Shown here: positions 1-8,956 of the stretch, piece by piece | Layout of the letters: each line of letters starts with the position of its first letter | How positions within the stretch are numbered: the stretch's first letter is position 1 | Assembly (NCBI GenBank): GCA_022820705.1 | Contig: JAJEEZ010000439.1 | Coordinates: 1-39,501 of the forward strand | Length of the DNA: 39,501 nt | Direction: 5' to 3' | Origin: Candidatus Latescibacterota bacterium | GTDB lineage: Bacteria > Latescibacterota > UBA2968 > UBA8231 | Notes under the pieces: model-generated | The model's database searches: none | What the model saw: the letters and a program-made list of their open reading frames with translations, nothing else | What the model was told of the DNA's origin: nothing | Position numbers and translations under genes: made by a program

Positions 1-681
1 CTGGTAGGCCGCACGCAGGAGGCCCTTTTGTTGCTGGGCGAGGTGCTGGGCGTCTTGCGGCGACCAATAGGTGAGCATGTTCTGGTCTTTGCGCACGATG
101 CCGTCGCCCGAGCACGGTGCATCGACGAGGATGCGGTCGAAAAAGTTGGGGAAGTAGCGCGTCAGCATGGTCCCTCGGGCTTGCGTCAAGACGTGATTGG
201 CGACCCCACAGCGCTCCAAATTGCCCACGAGGGCGGGCATGCGCTTGCGCTGGGGTTCATTGGCTAGTAGCAGGCCGCTGTTTTGCATGCGGGCGGCAAT
301 CTGGGTGGCCTTGCCGCCTGGGGCGGCGCACAGGTCGAGGACGCGCTCGCCGGGCTGAGGGGCCAAGACCTCGACGGCTAGCATGGGGGCCTTGGCTTGG
401 ACGTAGTACGCGCCCATGGCGTGTTCAATAGTCTGGCCGAGGCTGGTGTCGCTTTCCGGTAAAGCGAAGCCCTCGCTGCACCAAGGCACACTTTGGCCGC
501 GCTGGTGCAGCGAGGGCCGGACGTGTTGCGCTTGCGCTTGTAGCGCGTTCAAGCGCAGCGAAGCTGGGGGAGGCGTGCGCGAGCACTGATAAAAGGCCAC
601 GCGCTCTTGGTCGTTGGGCAGCAGGCGGCCGATATACTGGAGCAGAGCCTGTAATTTATCCGGGTCGTACGCTTTGCGCAC
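1..681 (-). CDS. rsmF: rRNA (cytosine-C5) methyltransferase, RsmB/RsmF (NOL1/NOP2/Sun) family; 3' end cut by window edge
   Basis: My own translation of the minus strand; the ORF is absent from the track because no stop lies inside the window. It reads ...VPWCSEGFALPE..GAYYVQAKAPMLAVEVL..GERVLDLCAAPGGKATQIAA..ILVDAPCSGDGIVRKD... The SAM-binding motif and the PC catalytic motif are present. The N-terminal layout resembles E. coli RsmF (PWCEEGF). The only canonical in-frame start is GTG at 681-679. Confidence 0.8.
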   Translation of the reverse strand, partial: MRKAYDPDKLQALLQYIGRLLPNDQERVAFYQCSRTPPPASLRLNALQAQAQHVRPSLHQRGQSVPWCSEGFALPESDTSLGQTIEHAMGAYYVQAKAPMLAVEVLAPQPGERVLDLCAAPGGKATQIAARMQNSGLLLANEPQRKRMPALVGNLERCGVANHVLTQARGTMLTRYFPNFFDRILVDAPCSGDGIVRKDQNMLTYWSPQDAQHLAQQQKGLLRAAYQ

Positions 682-765
682 AGGTGGGGGTCCCTGTTTG
701 TTCTTCTCGTATAAAGTCCAAATCCGCGCCCTAAGACACTACTTTATTGCCCTTCTTTGTTCTTC

Positions 766-3246
766 TTATTCCCACTGAAGGTCTAACACGTAAATCTCGT
801 CGTTCCCATCGCGGTTGGATTCAAAGGCGATCTGGGTGCCGTCAGGGGACCAAGAAGGGGACCTGTCAGCGCCATTGTAGCTAGTAAGCCGACGCGGGTT
901 ACTGCCGTCGGCATCCATCACGTAAATATCTTCATCCCCATCGCGGGTGGATTGGAAGGCGATCTGGGTGCCATCAGGAGACCAAGAAGGGAACGCGTCA
1001 GTGGAGAAGAGTTGAGTTAGTTGGCGTAAGTTTTTGCCGTCGGTGTCCATTACGTAAATCTCGGCATCCTCTTGGTAGGTGGCATAGAAGGCGATCTGGG
1101 TGCCATCAGGAGACCAAGAAGGAGACCAGCTACTGTGGCTAGTAAGCTGACGCGGGTTACTGCCGTCGATATACACCACGTAGATGTTCCAATTGCCATC
1201 GCGGTTGGATTGGAAGGCGATCTGGGTGCCGTCAGGAGACCAAGAAGGGTACACGCCTCTGGTAAGCCGACGCAGGTTACTACCGTCGGCATCCATCACG
1301 TAGATGTTCCAATTGCCATCGCGGTGGGAGCTGAAGGTGATCTGGGTGCCGTCAGGAGACCAAGAAGGGGACACGTCCGAATCATCGTAATTGGTCAGGC
1401 GGCGTAAGTTATTGCCGTCGGCGTCCATTACGTAAATCTCCCAATTGCCATCGCGGGTGGATTGGAATGCGATCTGGGTGCCGTCAGGAGACCAAGAAGG
1501 GAACGCGTCCCAAGCATCGTGATTGGTCAGGCGGCGTAGGCGGGATTTCACTGTAATCACAATCGTTTCTACCGCTTGTCCCCCGTGTTCATCCTCCACC
1601 CTAAACGTCACTTGATACATTCCCCCCTCTGTGTCCGAGGGTTGCCACGTAAAGGTTGTTCCCGATAGCGACGATCCCGACGGATTATTCTCAACCGTAA
1701 AAATCAAAACATCCCCATCGGCATCATTCCCGGCTAAGGTGATCGTCAATGTGTGGCCCCCGGCGACGGTCTGATCACCAATGGTCGCCAATTCCGGCTC
1801 TCGGTTGGTATTCTTGACAGTAATGGTGATCGTCTCCCGGTCAACGCCGCCACGATCGTCTTCTACTGTAAAGGTGACCTCGTACTCCCCCGACTGAGAA
1901 TAGGACGGCGTCCAGCTAAAGGTCTGCTCTGCAAGGGAGGCTCCGGTTGGCTGCCCTTCGACGGAATAGGTCAACGCATCCCCATCCGCATCGCTGCCCT
2001 CCAAGATAATCGTCAAGGCACTACCTTCTTCGGCGATATGAGGACCAATACTGGCCAGTTCCGGTATCTGATTGCCTTCAACGTTAATGGTGACGTTCTG
2101 ACTATCGGAACCGCCGCGACCGTCCTCCACTGTGAACGTTACTTCATAGGTGCCTACCTGTGCCGACGATGGCTTCCAGCTAAAGGTCTGCTCTGCAAGG
2201 GAGGCTCCGGTTGGCTGTCCTTCGACGGAATCGGTCAACGCATCCCCATCCGCATCGCTGCCCTCCAAGATGATCGTCAGCACTTTGCCTACGTCCGCGT
2301 TCTGATTGCCCACGTCGGCTAACTCTGGTGCTTGATTGGTCTCGGCGACAGTAATGATGATTATTTCCCGGGCAACCCCACCGTGCTGATCGGCGACCGT
2401 AAAGGTGACCGAGTATTCCCCCGCTTGAGTATGGGACGGTTCCCATGTAAAAGTCGATCCCGATAGAGTTGCACCTGCTGGCGGTCCTTCGACCGCATAG
2501 GTCAACGCATCTCCGTCCTCATCAGTGCCGACCAACGGTATCGTCAATAGGCTACCCTCGGCGACGGTCTGGTCGCCAATGGCCGCCAAGGTTGGTGCCT
2601 GATTGGCCTCGCCGACAGTGATGGTGACCGTTTCCCGGGCAACCCCGCCGTGCTGATCGGTGACCGTAAAGGTGACCGAGTATTCCCCCGCTTGAGTATG
2701 GGACGGTTCCCATGTAAAAGTCGATCCCGATAGAGTTGCACCTGCTGGTGCTCCTCCAACCGCATAGGTCAGCGCATCTCCGTCCGCATCGCTACCGACC
2801 AACAATATCGTCAGGGTACGGCCTTCGGCGATAGTCTGATCGCCAATATCCGCCAATACCGGTACTTGATTGGTTGAAGTCAGCGCGATGACCACCCGAC
2901 TACTCTTGCCCCCCTGCACTAGCACCAACGCACTGCCGCGCCACTTTACGAAGGCCCCCTTATACGCTTCCACTACTACCGAATACGACCCCGTGGTTAC
3001 AGTCAGTTCGCCAAGCCAAACGTCCCCTTCATAGCGCAAGTCCTCGCTCATCACCACCGTCTCATCTTGCAACACCGTCACTACCATCCGGTCCACTCCT
3101 TGGACCACCGTCCCACTCACTTCATCCGGCGTAGCCGGATCTTGCACATCCAGCGCGATACGCCCCGTCTTGTCCGGCCCAGCCCCCCGATCTCCGCAGG
3201 TTCCAAGCAGTAAAATCAGTGCCATACTTAGCGCGTACTTGACCAT
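766..3246 (-). CDS. Large surface lipoprotein: N-terminal Ig-like region, 5 cadherin-like (dystroglycan-type/He_PIG-like) domains, 6 PD40/TolB-like beta-propeller blades
   Basis: ORF 766..3273. I prefer the ATG at 3246 (MVKYALSMALILLLGTCGD), which has GGAGGA 4-10 nt upstream and gives a signal peptide with a Cys (lipobox-like LGTC). There are five ~88-aa units (NQAP.LA.IGDQ...DADGDALTY...TF.W.PS..Q.G.Y.VTFTV.D..GG) and six SPSWSPDGTQIAF.S.RDGN..IYVMDADGSN.RRLT units. Confidence 0.85.
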   Translation of the reverse strand: MVKYALSMALILLLGTCGDRGAGPDKTGRIALDVQDPATPDEVSGTVVQGVDRMVVTVLQDETVVMSEDLRYEGDVWLGELTVTTGSYSVVVEAYKGAFVKWRGSALVLVQGGKSSRVVIALTSTNQVPVLADIGDQTIAEGRTLTILLVGSDADGDALTYAVGGAPAGATLSGSTFTWEPSHTQAGEYSVTFTVTDQHGGVARETVTITVGEANQAPTLAAIGDQTVAEGSLLTIPLVGTDEDGDALTYAVEGPPAGATLSGSTFTWEPSHTQAGEYSVTFTVADQHGGVAREIIIITVAETNQAPELADVGNQNADVGKVLTIILEGSDADGDALTDSVEGQPTGASLAEQTFSWKPSSAQVGTYEVTFTVEDGRGGSDSQNVTINVEGNQIPELASIGPHIAEEGSALTIILEGSDADGDALTYSVEGQPTGASLAEQTFSWTPSYSQSGEYEVTFTVEDDRGGVDRETITITVKNTNREPELATIGDQTVAGGHTLTITLAGNDADGDVLIFTVENNPSGSSLSGTTFTWQPSDTEGGMYQVTFRVEDEHGGQAVETIVITVKSRLRRLTNHDAWDAFPSWSPDGTQIAFQSTRDGNWEIYVMDADGNNLRRLTNYDDSDVSPSWSPDGTQITFSSHRDGNWNIYVMDADGSNLRRLTRGVYPSWSPDGTQIAFQSNRDGNWNIYVVYIDGSNPRQLTSHSSWSPSWSPDGTQIAFYATYQEDAEIYVMDTDGKNLRQLTQLFSTDAFPSWSPDGTQIAFQSTRDGDEDIYVMDADGSNPRRLTSYNGADRSPSWSPDGTQIAFESNRDGNDEIYVLDLQWE
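769..1542 (-). repeat. Six tandem coding repeats (about 123-132 nt period) encoding PD40 beta-propeller blades
   Basis: The string gcgatctgggtgcc[g/a]tcagg[a/g]gaccaagaagg recurs near 828, 959, 1091, 1214, 1337 and 1469. Confidence 0.9.
1543..2871 (-). repeat. Five tandem coding repeats (264-267 nt period) encoding cadherin-like domains
   Basis: Direct comparison shows 2364-2481 vs 2631-2748 are about 118 nt with 2 mismatches. 1912-2015 vs 2176-2279 are about 104 nt with 3 mismatches. Confidence 0.9.
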
Positions 3247-3320
3247 GTATCCTCCAGTGTATTGATTGAACATTTTTTACAATTATTCAATAATATAACC
3301 AATACAGCACAGCAAGGAGC

Positions 3321-4001
3321 ATGGGCGTCACACGCTGCTTCGTCGTCAGCGATCTGCACCTCGGATCGGCTTATTTTTACCATCGCCACTTTTTATCTTG
3401 GTTGGATGCTTTGCCCCAAGGGGTGCCGCTCGTGCTCAACGGCGACGTCATAGATGATCCGGGCCGAGCACTGCCCGATGCCCATCGGGCCGTGCTGGAG
3501 CGCCTCGTGAGCGAGTCGCAATCCCGGCCCGTAATCTGGGTGTACGGCAATCGCGATGCCGAGTTCAAGCTGGCTGATTCGGGGCGGATTCGCTTTGTCG
3601 ATAGCTGGCGGCTCAACCAACGGCTGCTCGTAATTCACGGCCATCGGCTCGATCGGCTGATGCCTCGGCACGCGGCGTTCAAATGGGCCTTTCGCCGCTT
3701 GCACCGCTGCCGCATCTGGCTCGGCAGGCGCGATTCTCACGTGGCCTAGTACGCCAAGAAATGGCCTTTGTTCTACCGGGTGCTCAACGAGCACGTGGCG
3801 CACAACGCCCTGCGCGTGGCGCAGCAAGAGGGGGTTGAAGCGGTGGTTTGTGGGCATACGCACGCAGCTATGGCGATTGAGCGGCAGGGCCGGTGCTATT
3901 TCAATACTGGTGCTTGGACCGAAAAACCCTTTCACTTTCTCGAAGTGGCCCCGGACCGCATGGCCCTACATACATACGAGGACGACAGGGACTGTGATTG
4001 A
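3321..4001 (+). pseudogene. Calcineurin-like metallophosphoesterase (LpxH-like) interrupted by an in-frame TAG at 3747-3749
   Basis: ORFs 3321..3749 and 3768..4001 are in the same frame and separated only by TAG. The motifs DxH (VSDLHLG), GDxxD (LNGDVID), GN-D (YGNRD) and H (VIHGH) lie upstream of the stop, and GHTH (VCGHTH) lies downstream. An AAGGAG RBS precedes the ATG at 3321. Confidence 0.75.
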
Positions 4002-4002
4002 T

Positions 4003-6201
4003 ATGATTAATGTGATTAAATGGATGGTCTTATTGGGGGCGGCCCTGCCAGCCGGCGCGCAAGAAGGGGGCTTCACTTGGCCACTGCGTCTTGCGCCGGC
4101 TCTGACTTCCACCTTTGGCGAATCGCGTTCCCGCGCTTTCCACGCTGGTATAGATCTCAAAACTTGGGGCGAGACGGGACATCCCGTACAGGCTCTAGCC
4201 GATGGTTATATATGGCGCGTGCGCACCTCGCCTTGGGGCTATGGCCGTGCTCTATACCAGAAATTGGCCGATGGCCGCACGGTGGTATATGCCCATCTGG
4301 AGAGCTTTGCCGCGCCCATGGCCGAGCTTGTGCAGCAAGCACAGCAGCAGCGCGGACGCTATAGCGTGGATTTGTATTTCAAGGAGGGGGAAATTCCCGT
4401 GCTCGGCGGCGCGGTCATCGCTTGGAGTGGCGAGAGCGGAGCCGGTCCTCCCCATTTGCACTTGGAGTTGCGCGACGCAAATAACGTGGCGATCAATCCC
4501 CTCTTGCACGGGTTCGCCATCGCCGATACGGTCGCGCCGACCTTGCAGCGGGTGGCCATCACGCCGCATGGCCACAATGCCCAAGTCGAGGGAGGGCACG
4601 ACCCCTATGTGCTGAATTTGCGCTGGCAGCCGGGCCGGGGGGAGTTCGTCGGGGTGCGGCCCGTGCAGGTGCTCGGCCCGGTGAGCATTAGCGCGTTGAT
4701 GTACGATCGCGCCGATGCGGCTCCCAACAAACTAGCTCCCTATCGCGCGGAATTGCACATCGACGGCGAGCTGGTTTTTGCCGCGCGCTACGAGCAGGTC
4801 AGATACGGCGATATGCACCAGATGTATTTGGACCGGCCGCTGGCTGCCTCTAAGGGTGGGATGGGTCGCTTTTACAACTTATGTCGCCTGCCGGGCAATC
4901 GCCTCGAATTCTACGAGGGGCCTAGCGATGGCATCCTAAACTTGGCCAAGGGACGGCACGAAGCCGTCGTCGTTGTCGCGGATGTCAATGGCAACGAGAG
5001 CCGGGCGCGCTTTGGCTTGATGGTTGATGAGCCGCCGGTCATTGCCGGGGCGCGGATCGTGGCGGCAGCGAATGGGACTTTTATCGAGGCGCGGATGACT
5101 GATGCGGACCATCGACTCGTGGAAGTAGAATTGGCCAGTTCGCGCGATGGCGAAAACTGGCGGCGCGTAGATCGGCGGCAGAGCCGCCCCGGTCCGCTTA
5201 AGTGGCGGATTCATCGCAACGCTTCCTATTGGCGGATTCGGGCGCGGGATCCGGCGGGCGGTGCAGCCTTTGCCGTTTGTCGCCTGCCCGACGATGGGGC
5301 CGCTGCGCCGACCTTTGCCTTGGAGCGCCGTCCCCACGCGGATTTCGTGGAGCTCGTGATGCGCTATGAACGAGTGCCTAGCGCTACGCCTTTGGTCCGC
5401 GTTGATACCGCTAATGTCAGTCCTCGCCAGACCGACTTGCGCGAGTTCCGAGTCGCAGTGCCACTCGATCCGAGCGACCCATCAACGGGAACGGTTTTGC
5501 TGCGGACGCCAGGGGCCGCTGTGCAAAAGGTCGTTCTCGATCGGCAATTCGTGGAGTCGGGTGCTGCAGCCAAGCTGACCTATGTCAACGGCGAGGTCGA
5601 ATTGGGTTTTGCTGCGGAGAGCGCGTACGCGCCGTTTTTTCCACAGGTCGTGGCTTTTGAGCCGCAAGTGCCTGCTGCGCTAGTGGCGGCTGGTCCGGCT
5701 TTTGCCTTGGGGCCTGATGTTAGCTTTGACCACCGGGTCGAGTTGCGCTTGCGCTACGACCGTCGGGAAACGCTGCCGCCGGAGAAGCTGGGCATCTACC
5801 GAGAGGTCGCCGCTGAAAAGTGGTCGCTGGTGAGCAATGAATGGGATGCTGTGGGTAGGCAGGTGGTGGCGCGGGTGCGGCACTTGGGCCGCTATGCGCT
5901 GTTGGCCGACTTGGAACCCCCTGAAATCAGCAGTTTGCAGCCGGCGGAGGGTGCAGGCGTTGGCCCGCGCCCAGAAATTCGCGGCGCGGTGCGCGATCAA
6001 GGCGCAGGCATTGGGCGGGAAACGGACATTGAGTTTGAGCTCGACGGACACCCGCTGATCGCCGAATACGATCCAGAAGCCGGGCGCGTGTACGGGCATT
6101 TGCTGGAAGACTTGCCGCCGGGTGCGCACCGCCTAGTACTGAGGGTGCGGGATATGAGCGGCAACCAAACCGAGGCACATTCGGAATTTACCGTGCGCTA
6201 G
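4003..6201 (+). CDS. Secreted M23 (LytM-type) metallopeptidase with a long (~500 aa) C-terminal extension ending in an Ig-like domain
   Basis: ORF 3835..6201. The ATG at 4003 gives a signal peptide (MINVIKWMVLLGAALPAGAQE). M23 motifs are present: FHAGIDL...GESGAGPPHLHLELRD. The upstream part of the ORF overlaps the preceding gene and is discounted. Confidence 0.8.
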   Translation: MINVIKWMVLLGAALPAGAQEGGFTWPLRLAPALTSTFGESRSRAFHAGIDLKTWGETGHPVQALADGYIWRVRTSPWGYGRALYQKLADGRTVVYAHLESFAAPMAELVQQAQQQRGRYSVDLYFKEGEIPVLGGAVIAWSGESGAGPPHLHLELRDANNVAINPLLHGFAIADTVAPTLQRVAITPHGHNAQVEGGHDPYVLNLRWQPGRGEFVGVRPVQVLGPVSISALMYDRADAAPNKLAPYRAELHIDGELVFAARYEQVRYGDMHQMYLDRPLAASKGGMGRFYNLCRLPGNRLEFYEGPSDGILNLAKGRHEAVVVVADVNGNESRARFGLMVDEPPVIAGARIVAAANGTFIEARMTDADHRLVEVELASSRDGENWRRVDRRQSRPGPLKWRIHRNASYWRIRARDPAGGAAFAVCRLPDDGAAAPTFALERRPHADFVELVMRYERVPSATPLVRVDTANVSPRQTDLREFRVAVPLDPSDPSTGTVLLRTPGAAVQKVVLDRQFVESGAAAKLTYVNGEVELGFAAESAYAPFFPQVVAFEPQVPAALVAAGPAFALGPDVSFDHRVELRLRYDRRETLPPEKLGIYREVAAEKWSLVSNEWDAVGRQVVARVRHLGRYALLADLEPPEISSLQPAEGAGVGPRPEIRGAVRDQGAGIGRETDIEFELDGHPLIAEYDPEAGRVYGHLLEDLPPGAHRLVLRVRDMSGNQTEAHSEFTVR

Positions 6202-7208
6202 CGCAGCGGCACCGGGGCACCGGCTTGGCGCAGCGACGCCTGCGCGGCCTCCAAGACCCGCACGACGCGCAGGCCGTCGCGGCCATCGCTGCGGGGTGTT
6301 TGGCCAGTGCGCACGCACTCGACGAAGTGCTGGCACTCTAGCTTGAGCGGCTCGGCCATTTGCAGCCGCGGAATGACGACATCGCCAAAGCGCAGCGCGA
6401 TGGAGTCGCCGTACGAGTCGTATTGCGGTCGCTCGGCCGATTTGTCGTAGATGCGCACCTTTTCCGTGCTTTCCACATCGTCAAACACCGCCATCTTGCG
6501 GCTGCCGACCACGGTCAGGCGGCGGATGCGGTGCGGGTCGAGCCAAGAGAGCTGCATTTGCGCCATCTTGCCATCGGCAAAGTGCAAGTTGGCAAAGACC
6601 ACGTCTTCGATGTCGGGCTGTAGATAGCACTCGCCGCGGGCGCTGACGGCGTCCGGCTCTTGGTCGAGGAGGTAGAGGATGACCGAGATATCGTGTGGTG
6701 CCAAGCTCCACAGGGCGTTTTCGTCGCTGCGGACAATGCCCAAATTGACGCGCTGGGAATACAGATAATATAAGTCGCCTAGTGCGCCTTCCCGCACTAA
6801 ATCATGCAGCATGTGTACGGCCGGGTGGTACTTTAGCAGGTGCCCGACCATCAGCACCCGGTCCCGCTCTGCGGCTAGTTCGACCAAGTGGGCCGACGTA
6901 GCGGCGTCGAGGGTCATGGGCTTTTCGACGTACACGTGCTTGCCGCGCTCTAGGGCGCGGCGGGCCAGTTCGTAGTGCTCGGCGGCTGGGACGGCCAGTA
7001 CTACGGCATCGAGCGAGTCGTCGCCGAGTACTTCGTCGTAATTGGCGGTGATTGGGACTTCTGGGTATTGGCGCTGGATGGCGCTGCGGATTTCCGGGCT
7101 AGCGTCGCAGACTTGGCGCAGATGGACGTCGGGTAGGTCGTGGAGGACGCGCACTAGGTTTTTGCCCCAATACCCAGCACCGACGCAGGCGATTTGGATG
7201 CGGCTCAT
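6198..7208 (-). CDS. Gfo/Idh/MocA family NAD(P)-dependent oxidoreductase
   Basis: This is the C-terminal 336 aa of ORF 6198..7694, starting at MSRIQIACVGAGYWGKN (Rossmann GxGxxG) and containing ...VYVEKPM... The ATG at 7208 overlaps the apbC stop as ATGA. Confidence 0.85.
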   Translation of the reverse strand: MSRIQIACVGAGYWGKNLVRVLHDLPDVHLRQVCDASPEIRSAIQRQYPEVPITANYDEVLGDDSLDAVVLAVPAAEHYELARRALERGKHVYVEKPMTLDAATSAHLVELAAERDRVLMVGHLLKYHPAVHMLHDLVREGALGDLYYLYSQRVNLGIVRSDENALWSLAPHDISVILYLLDQEPDAVSARGECYLQPDIEDVVFANLHFADGKMAQMQLSWLDPHRIRRLTVVGSRKMAVFDDVESTEKVRIYDKSAERPQYDSYGDSIALRFGDVVIPRLQMAEPLKLECQHFVECVRTGQTPRSDGRDGLRVVRVLEAAQASLRQAGAPVPLR

Positions 7209-7996
7209 GTTCGCTGGAAATAAGCGCCGATGTCGGCGGCTAAGTGCGCGAGGGCTTGGCTGCCTTCGGTATGGGGATGCGTTTTGACGACCGGCTCCCC
7301 TGCGTCGGCTTGGCTGCGGACGAGCGGGTCGAGCGGAATTTCGCCCAGATAGGGAATGTCCAAGCGACTGGCTGTGGTGCGGCCCCCTCCGGCTCCGAAG
7401 ATGGGGTCGGCATGGTCGCAGTTGTCGCAGCGGAAATAGCTCATGTTCTCGACCAAGCCGACGATGGGTACCTCGGTCTGGCGGAACATCTCGACGCCGC
7501 GACGCACGTCTTCGAGGGCAATGGCCGAGGGCGTGGTGACGATTAAGGCCGCGGTCAAGGGTGCTACTTGGGTCAGCGTGATTTGTACATCTCCAGTCCC
7601 AGGGGGCAAGTCTATGAGCAGCAAATCGAGCTCGCCCCAAGTGACGTTGAAGAGGAATTGGTGCATCATCTTGGCCAGCATGGGGCCGCGCCACACGACC
7701 GGGGTGCCTGCGTCGATTAGCAGTCCCATGGAAATGGCTTTGAGGCCGTGCACAGTCAAGGGCTCGATGCGGCCGTCCTCCGCGGTTGGCTTGCCTTCTA
7801 AGCCGATTAGACCCGGGATGTTGGGGCCGTAGATGTCGGCGTCGAGCAAGCCGAGCTGTAGCCCTTGGTGGGCTAGGCTCACGGCCAAGTTGGCACAGAG
7901 CGTGGACTTGCCGACGCCGCCCTTGCCGCTGGATATGGCTAGTGTATCTTTAATGCCGGGAATGGGTTGGCGATTGTGGGTTTGTGGGGCGTTCAC
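7205..7996 (-). CDS. apbC: Mrp/NBP35 family Fe-S cluster carrier ATPase
   Basis: Deviant Walker A SGKGGVGKST, plus DLPPGTGD, and CxxC (CDNC) in ENMSYFRCDNCDH. Confidence 0.9.
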   Translation of the reverse strand: MNAPQTHNRQPIPGIKDTLAISSGKGGVGKSTLCANLAVSLAHQGLQLGLLDADIYGPNIPGLIGLEGKPTAEDGRIEPLTVHGLKAISMGLLIDAGTPVVWRGPMLAKMMHQFLFNVTWGELDLLLIDLPPGTGDVQITLTQVAPLTAALIVTTPSAIALEDVRRGVEMFRQTEVPIVGLVENMSYFRCDNCDHADPIFGAGGGRTTASRLDIPYLGEIPLDPLVRSQADAGEPVVKTHPHTEGSQALAHLAADIGAYFQRT

Positions 7997-8080
7997 TGAA
8001 GTTCCTACTACTATAGTGGAAAATTTGAAGTATAGAGGAAAGACCTCCTCGCGGCAAGGGGAGTTACAAAGGAGCTAGGC

Positions 8081-8926
8081 ATGTATAGGATCGCGCTTTT
8101 GGCGGTCGTTTTGGCCCCCTTGGGTTGCACGAATGTCAACCAGATGCACAAGCTCTATCAGGAGGGCGACCACGCGCAGTTAGATCGCATTATGGAGATC
8201 GTCTCCCGCCAGGACTATCCCTATGCCACGCGGCGCAAGGCCGCGCGCATTCTCGGCGAGATCGGCGATCCTCGCGCCGTGCCCGTACTGAAAATGGCGC
8301 TCCAAGACTACGACCAGCGCACCACGCTCAAGCAGGACGCGCTGCGCGCTTTGGGCACCATCGGCGACCAGAGCGCGGCCTTGGATATAGGGAGGCTGCT
8401 CAACTACTCGCTCAATACGGCCGACTCCGAACTGAGGATGGCCGCCATTGAAGCGCTCGGGCAGATGGGGGGGACCAAGGCGGCTGAAATTTTGGTCAAT
8501 GCCCTCGACTATTACGACATGCTTACCCTGCGCTCTGAGCAGCGGACCCCTCGGGGGGTGTTCACCGGCGAGGAGATATCTCCCTATCCCTACGGACGGA
8601 TGCATCCCGACTCCACGGATGGCCCGCGACGCTATCCAAATGTGGGATTGGACCCCTTTGGGGAGGGAGGCCAGCCTCGAGTGAGTATGTTCGGTACGCC
8701 CATCGAGCCTACGCAGATGGAATACGACCCCACGCCCGAGGAGCGCACCCTAACCCATCAGGCACTTACAACCGTGGGGGCGGACGCCATTCCAGTGATC
8801 GAAAATCACCTAGATAGCCTGCGCGTAAGCCGCCCGACCTTGCGCAAGGAGTTACTGGCCATAATAAGCGAAATCACAGGTGTGTCGCCGGTGGTAGAAG
8901 CCGATTCCACAGTCTCCGATCTGTAA
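8081..8926 (+). CDS. HEAT-repeat (PBS-lyase-like) lipoprotein
   Basis: Signal plus lipobox MYRIALLAVVLAPLGC. Repeated A..LG.IGD..AVP.L motifs are present. An AAAGGAG RBS lies upstream. Confidence 0.7.
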   Translation: MYRIALLAVVLAPLGCTNVNQMHKLYQEGDHAQLDRIMEIVSRQDYPYATRRKAARILGEIGDPRAVPVLKMALQDYDQRTTLKQDALRALGTIGDQSAALDIGRLLNYSLNTADSELRMAAIEALGQMGGTKAAEILVNALDYYDMLTLRSEQRTPRGVFTGEEISPYPYGRMHPDSTDGPRRYPNVGLDPFGEGGQPRVSMFGTPIEPTQMEYDPTPEERTLTHQALTTVGADAIPVIENHLDSLRVSRPTLRKELLAIISEITGVSPVVEADSTVSDL

Positions 8927-8927
8927 G

Positions 8928-8956
8928 TTGACAAGGGTACTCCGAGCGCATATAAT
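8928..8956 (+). promoter_or_regulatory. Consensus sigma-70 promoter TTGACA-17 nt-TATAAT
   Basis: TTGACA at 8928-8933, a 17-nt spacer, and TATAAT at 8951-8956. It starts 2 nt after the stop of the upstream gene, about 130 nt before the next ATG (9089). Confidence 0.55.

Noticed and set aside
766-2871. Regularly spaced direct repeats that could suggest a CRISPR array or satellite; also seen at 36551-36840.
   Set aside because: The repeats are in frame within long ORFs and encode protein domains (cadherin-like, PD40, acidic tail motif). The periods of 93-267 nt, with no unique spacers, do not fit CRISPR.
3747-3749. Genetic-code reassignment of TAG (pyrrolysine or a sense codon) as the explanation for the in-frame amber codon.
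   Set aside because: TAG terminates several well-defined genes in this same window at positions where the homologous families end, and no pyl-type genes are seen here. A nonsense mutation or a base-call error is more parsimonious.
6198-7694. Long N-terminal extensions reported by the ORF track: 6198..7694, 3835..6201, 12229..13809, 32257..33882, 33513..34259, 34084..34962, 34583..36283, 36547..37929, 37281..39329, 14146..15192, 35487..36380.
   Set aside because: The extensions overlap the upstream gene in another frame and are low-complexity R/P/S-rich. Internal starts with an SD and family-typical N-termini (Rossmann loop, signal peptides) fit much better.
7998-8040. FRT-like sequence GAAGTTCCTACTAC...GTATAGAGGAA in the apbC/HEAT-lipoprotein divergent intergenic region.
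   Set aside because: Only the left arm resembles an FRT arm. The spacer is about 18 nt instead of 8, the right arm carries an insertion, and no recombinase is nearby. It is more likely an operator or promoter inverted repeat.
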